In this document: piece by piece, positions 1-64,000 of the stretch
How the letters are laid out: every line of letters begins with the position of its first letter
Numbering within the stretch: position 1 is the first letter of the stretch
From: Octopus sinensis
Taxonomy: Eukaryota
DNA length: 64,000 nt
Reading direction: 5' to 3'
NCBI RefSeq assembly: GCF_006345805.1
Contig: NC_043005.1
Location: 41,230,001 to 41,294,000, forward strand
Notes under the pieces: generated by a model
Databases searched by the model: none
The model's input: the letters and a program-made list of their open reading frames with translations, nothing else
Told to the model about the DNA's origin: nothing
Made by a program: the position numbers and the translations under genes

Positions 1-670
1 TTGCAGCTGATACTGCTGCTGCTAATACTGGTGTCACCGATGCAACTGTTACCTCTGCTGCCGGTGCTGCAGCCGCTGTTGCCATTGCTGCCTCTGTGCC
101 GGCTGCCCCTGCCCCCCACTGCTCCCACTAATACAACTATTACAGTGTGTATAGCAAATGTCTATGATTACATAATATCAGTAAGAGTATTTTCCATCAG
201 TTTCAATATCTATCTAGACCATGTTATCTATCTTAGTGATACCTTTATCTTTTCAAGTACAAATTAGAACACACTTAAAACATTGAGAGGAAATTTATAT
301 AATTTCAAAACAAATTAAAATAATCTTGAAACAAATTAAATAACAGACATTTATGCATCACCTAAGGGAAAGACTTAATGTGCTTTGAGACTTTAATCAG
401 TTTTAAAATTATTTTAATTTGCTTTGAGTTTATTTTATTTTGTTTTGAGTTTATCTTAATTTATACTTGAAAATGGTATAGTGAATGTGAACACAGTCTA
501 GTTTATATACAAGAACAACATGTGACCATATAAAAGCTATGTCTCTTTATCACATCAAAATCACATGGCCAGTCTGATTAACATCTATTATCCATATTTC
601 TCAGGTAGATATAAGCCAACAATCAAACCTTTACTGGTTTGCTGGACCTATCAGAATTGTAAGTAAATAA

Positions 671-905
671 GGCGGCGAGCTGGCAGAAACGTTTGCACGC
701 TGGGCGAAATGCTTAGCGGTATTTTGTCTGCTGTTATGTTCTGAGTTCAAATTCTGCTGAGGTCGACTTTGCCTTTCATCCTTTTGTGGTCGATTAAATA
801 ACTACCAGTTACGCACTGGGATCGATATAATCGACTTAATCTGTTTGTCTGTCCTTGTTTGTCCCCTCTGTGTGTAGCCCTTTGTGGGCAGTAAAGAAAT
901 AAGAA
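671..905 (+). mobile_element. SINE family A (head ggcggcgagctggcagaaacg, B-box-like gagttcaaat), representative copy
   Basis: Near-identical to 9758-9977 and 17955-18187. Other copies by eye: + at 12777-12988, 18188-18380, 21476-21697, 21710-21930, 22015-22237, 54803-55015; - at 8990-9200, 9205-9425, 10485-10672, 10690-10920, 17720-17938, 22515-22660, 31410-31625, 31660-31790, 31795-31985, 53933-54115. Boundaries approximate. Confidence 0.85.
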
Positions 906-1314
906 TTGTAAGTAAAACTCTTTAAAGTGAAAAATAAGAAAGAAAAAGATGTGGGGTTGGAGTTGGGGGCGCATGTCTGAATAAAACACAATATGATCTC
1001 CTTTGATGATAGGTTGGCTCAATCAGAGTTGTTCACTTGAGTTTAAACACCAACAACATCAACACCTGACCCCCATCTACTTCATTGACATCTTCAGATT
1101 ATATCCACTCAATATCTATAAGATGTCTTCACTTAGGTGACATTTAAACCCTCTGTTGGTCCAATCAAAATCAGCAGACAGTGTCAACAGAAGTGGTTTA
1201 TTTATTTTACATACTTAATAACATATTATGTTTCTCGAAAGAAGAAGGTGATGGAAGAAGAGAAGATGGAGAAAATAAATAGGAAAGAAACTGGAGAAAA
1301 AAAATGATGATTAC

Positions 1315-62207
<60,893 letters not shown>

Positions 62208-64000
62208 CTGTAATTAGGTATTGAAACATAATAAAATATTTAAGATAATTAATTGTTATAGTCATCATTAACATCAAGACCATTGAAACCATCATCATAA
62301 TAACGATCAATATCAATGCCAAAACCAACAATTACATTTCATTTGCACCATACTGATACCAGTTAGAGAGAAATGATAATATTCTAAGCTAATATTGTAT
62401 ATAATAGAACATGTGTTCTGGAACAAAGGCTTTATACTTAGTAACCTTCTAGATTCATCATCATCATCATCATCATCATCATTATTATAATCAGCATCAT
62501 CATTTAATGTTCATTTCCCATGCTGGAATGGGCTGGACAGTTTGGCAGAAAACTGGTAAGCTGAGGAACTGCACCAGGTTCTGATCTGATTTGGCATGGT
62601 TTCTATGGCTGGATGCCCTTCCTAACATCAACCACTCTGAGAGTGTTGTCGGTGTTTTTTACATGCCCCTGGTTAGGTGCCAGTTACTTAAAACTGGCAT
62701 CAGCCATGACAATGATCTCACTTGGCTTGACAAGGTTTCTCAGGCATAATATATTGCCAAAAGTCTCAGTCACTTGTCACTGCAATTCCTATACAAATAG
62801 AGCACGTGTTACAAACAGTGGTCCTTAGCAAGGCCCTTAAAGATACAAAGCTGCAATGACAATATTCAGGAATAATATGTAGATGCAGACGTGGCTGTGG
62901 ATTAAAAAATTTGCTTTGCAACCATATGGTTTCAGGTTCAGTCCTACTGCATGGCACTTTGGGCAAATGTCTTATATTATAAAACCTTTCACTAGCCAAT
63001 ACTTTGTGAGTAGATTTGGTGAACAGAAACTGTATGGAAGCCCAGGAAAAGCTGTATAGTAAGAAGCCTGCTTCTCAACCTCATAGATGTCCAGAAAAGA
63101 CATTCTATGTTGTATTAGCTGTACAACATTTAGAAGTTAGAAATTGTGGACAGAGTCCAAAACAATAGAGATTTTCTTGATACACTTTATCATTGTTGAA
63201 TAGCTTCAGTGAGTTCTGCTTGAGCAGTAATATTAAAAGGAGACAAGCCAGCTGAATGCTTAAAAGTAGCCAACATGTCTTATACTTCATATTTAATAAG
63301 TAAGCAGCCTGTATACCCCTACCATGCAGTGACTATTAGTAGACAAAAATAATTTTGCTATCCAGTGTTTTCAGTTATGTATATTCAAATGCTTTGATGT
63401 TGTCAAGGAGAGTCAAGTTGGCCTCAGTTTTAATTCTTTGAGATAAAATGTGATGTTAGTGTAAGCAATCAATATTGCAACTATTTTTGTATTAATCTGA
63501 TCAGGTGAAATATTTTGCAGCTATAAAATGCTGCATTGTCAGTGCTGTTATTGTTATTTAACCCCAGGTTGCCTCCAATTGAGCAGATCTATGATCAAAG
63601 ATGTTTCAGTAACGAATATCCTTGTCTCTTTTTAATAGCTTTGATGACATTATCTAAAGTATTTTAACAGCATTTCAAGGTGGAAAGGAGTAATCTGAGG
63701 AGATTTGGCTACTGTTTCTACCAAACCAAGTCACCATAGAAAGGATATACCATTGTTGGCAATGGCTTTGGAAATTTTGCTTATAGTCTTAGTCAACTCT
63801 GATCTTAAGTCACTTATCCTTAAATCTAAAATGCAAAGTTCTGATTCATAATACTCTCTTTACTCTTTTACACTTTTACTTGTTTCAGTCATTTGACTGT
63901 GGCCATGCTGGAGCACTGCCTTTAGTCGAGCAACTCGACCCCAGGATTTATTCTTTTGTAAGCCCAGTACTTATTCTATCAGTCTCTTTTGCCGAACCGC

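Noticed and set aside
1-267. 88-aa Leu/Pro-rich ORF (Ala-rich in another frame)
   Set aside because: Degenerate (CTG/GCT)n tract with no splice context or homology; it lies inside the dynein intron
960-1200. Candidate for the next dynein exon (expected DTINEE...CGNVAGL)
   Set aside because: No frame gives the expected motif; the next exon is probably beyond the window start
62208-64000. Candidate upstream dynein exon, including ORF 63105-63290
   Set aside because: No dynein-like translation with splice sites found; the region is LINE/SINE derived or non-coding

Overview
AT-rich, microsatellite- and transposon-dense animal genomic DNA. The SINE/LINE families and repeat landscape look like an octopus (coleoid cephalopod); the taxon is an inference. 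The whole window lies inside one minus-strand gene, an axonemal outer-arm dynein heavy chain (DNAH5/DNAH8 class). I traced 17 GT-AG exons from 62207 down to 1315. They join in one open frame of 2589 nt (863 codons), running from just upstream of the AAA3 P-loop through AAA3 (GEQGTAKT), AAA4 (GVGGSGKQ) and stalk coiled coil 1 into the microtubule-binding domain. The gene starts and ends outside the window. The introns hold about 19 copies of one SINE family and about 11 of a second, several tRNA-headed SINEs, RTE-type LINE 3' ends, one full-length decayed mariner with TIRs and TA TSD plus mariner/Tc1 fragments, two non-autonomous Helitrons, hAT and piggyBac-like MITEs, Penelope-like remnants and an LTR-like segment with a tRNA-Trp-like primer-binding site. 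The most unusual signals are: (1) an inverted pair of hammerhead-ribozyme-like units in which the antisense copy keeps every catalytic core base and the sense copy is broken; (2) a perfect 108-bp inverted repeat; (3) two LINE tails with fold-back 5' duplications; (4) a dynein exon bracketed by two Helitrons and a direct repeat; (5) a duplication-inversion block near 59-60 kb; (6) two unexplained decayed coding-like segments. All alignments were made by eye and no searches were run. Exon coordinates are exact; most repeat boundaries are approximate.
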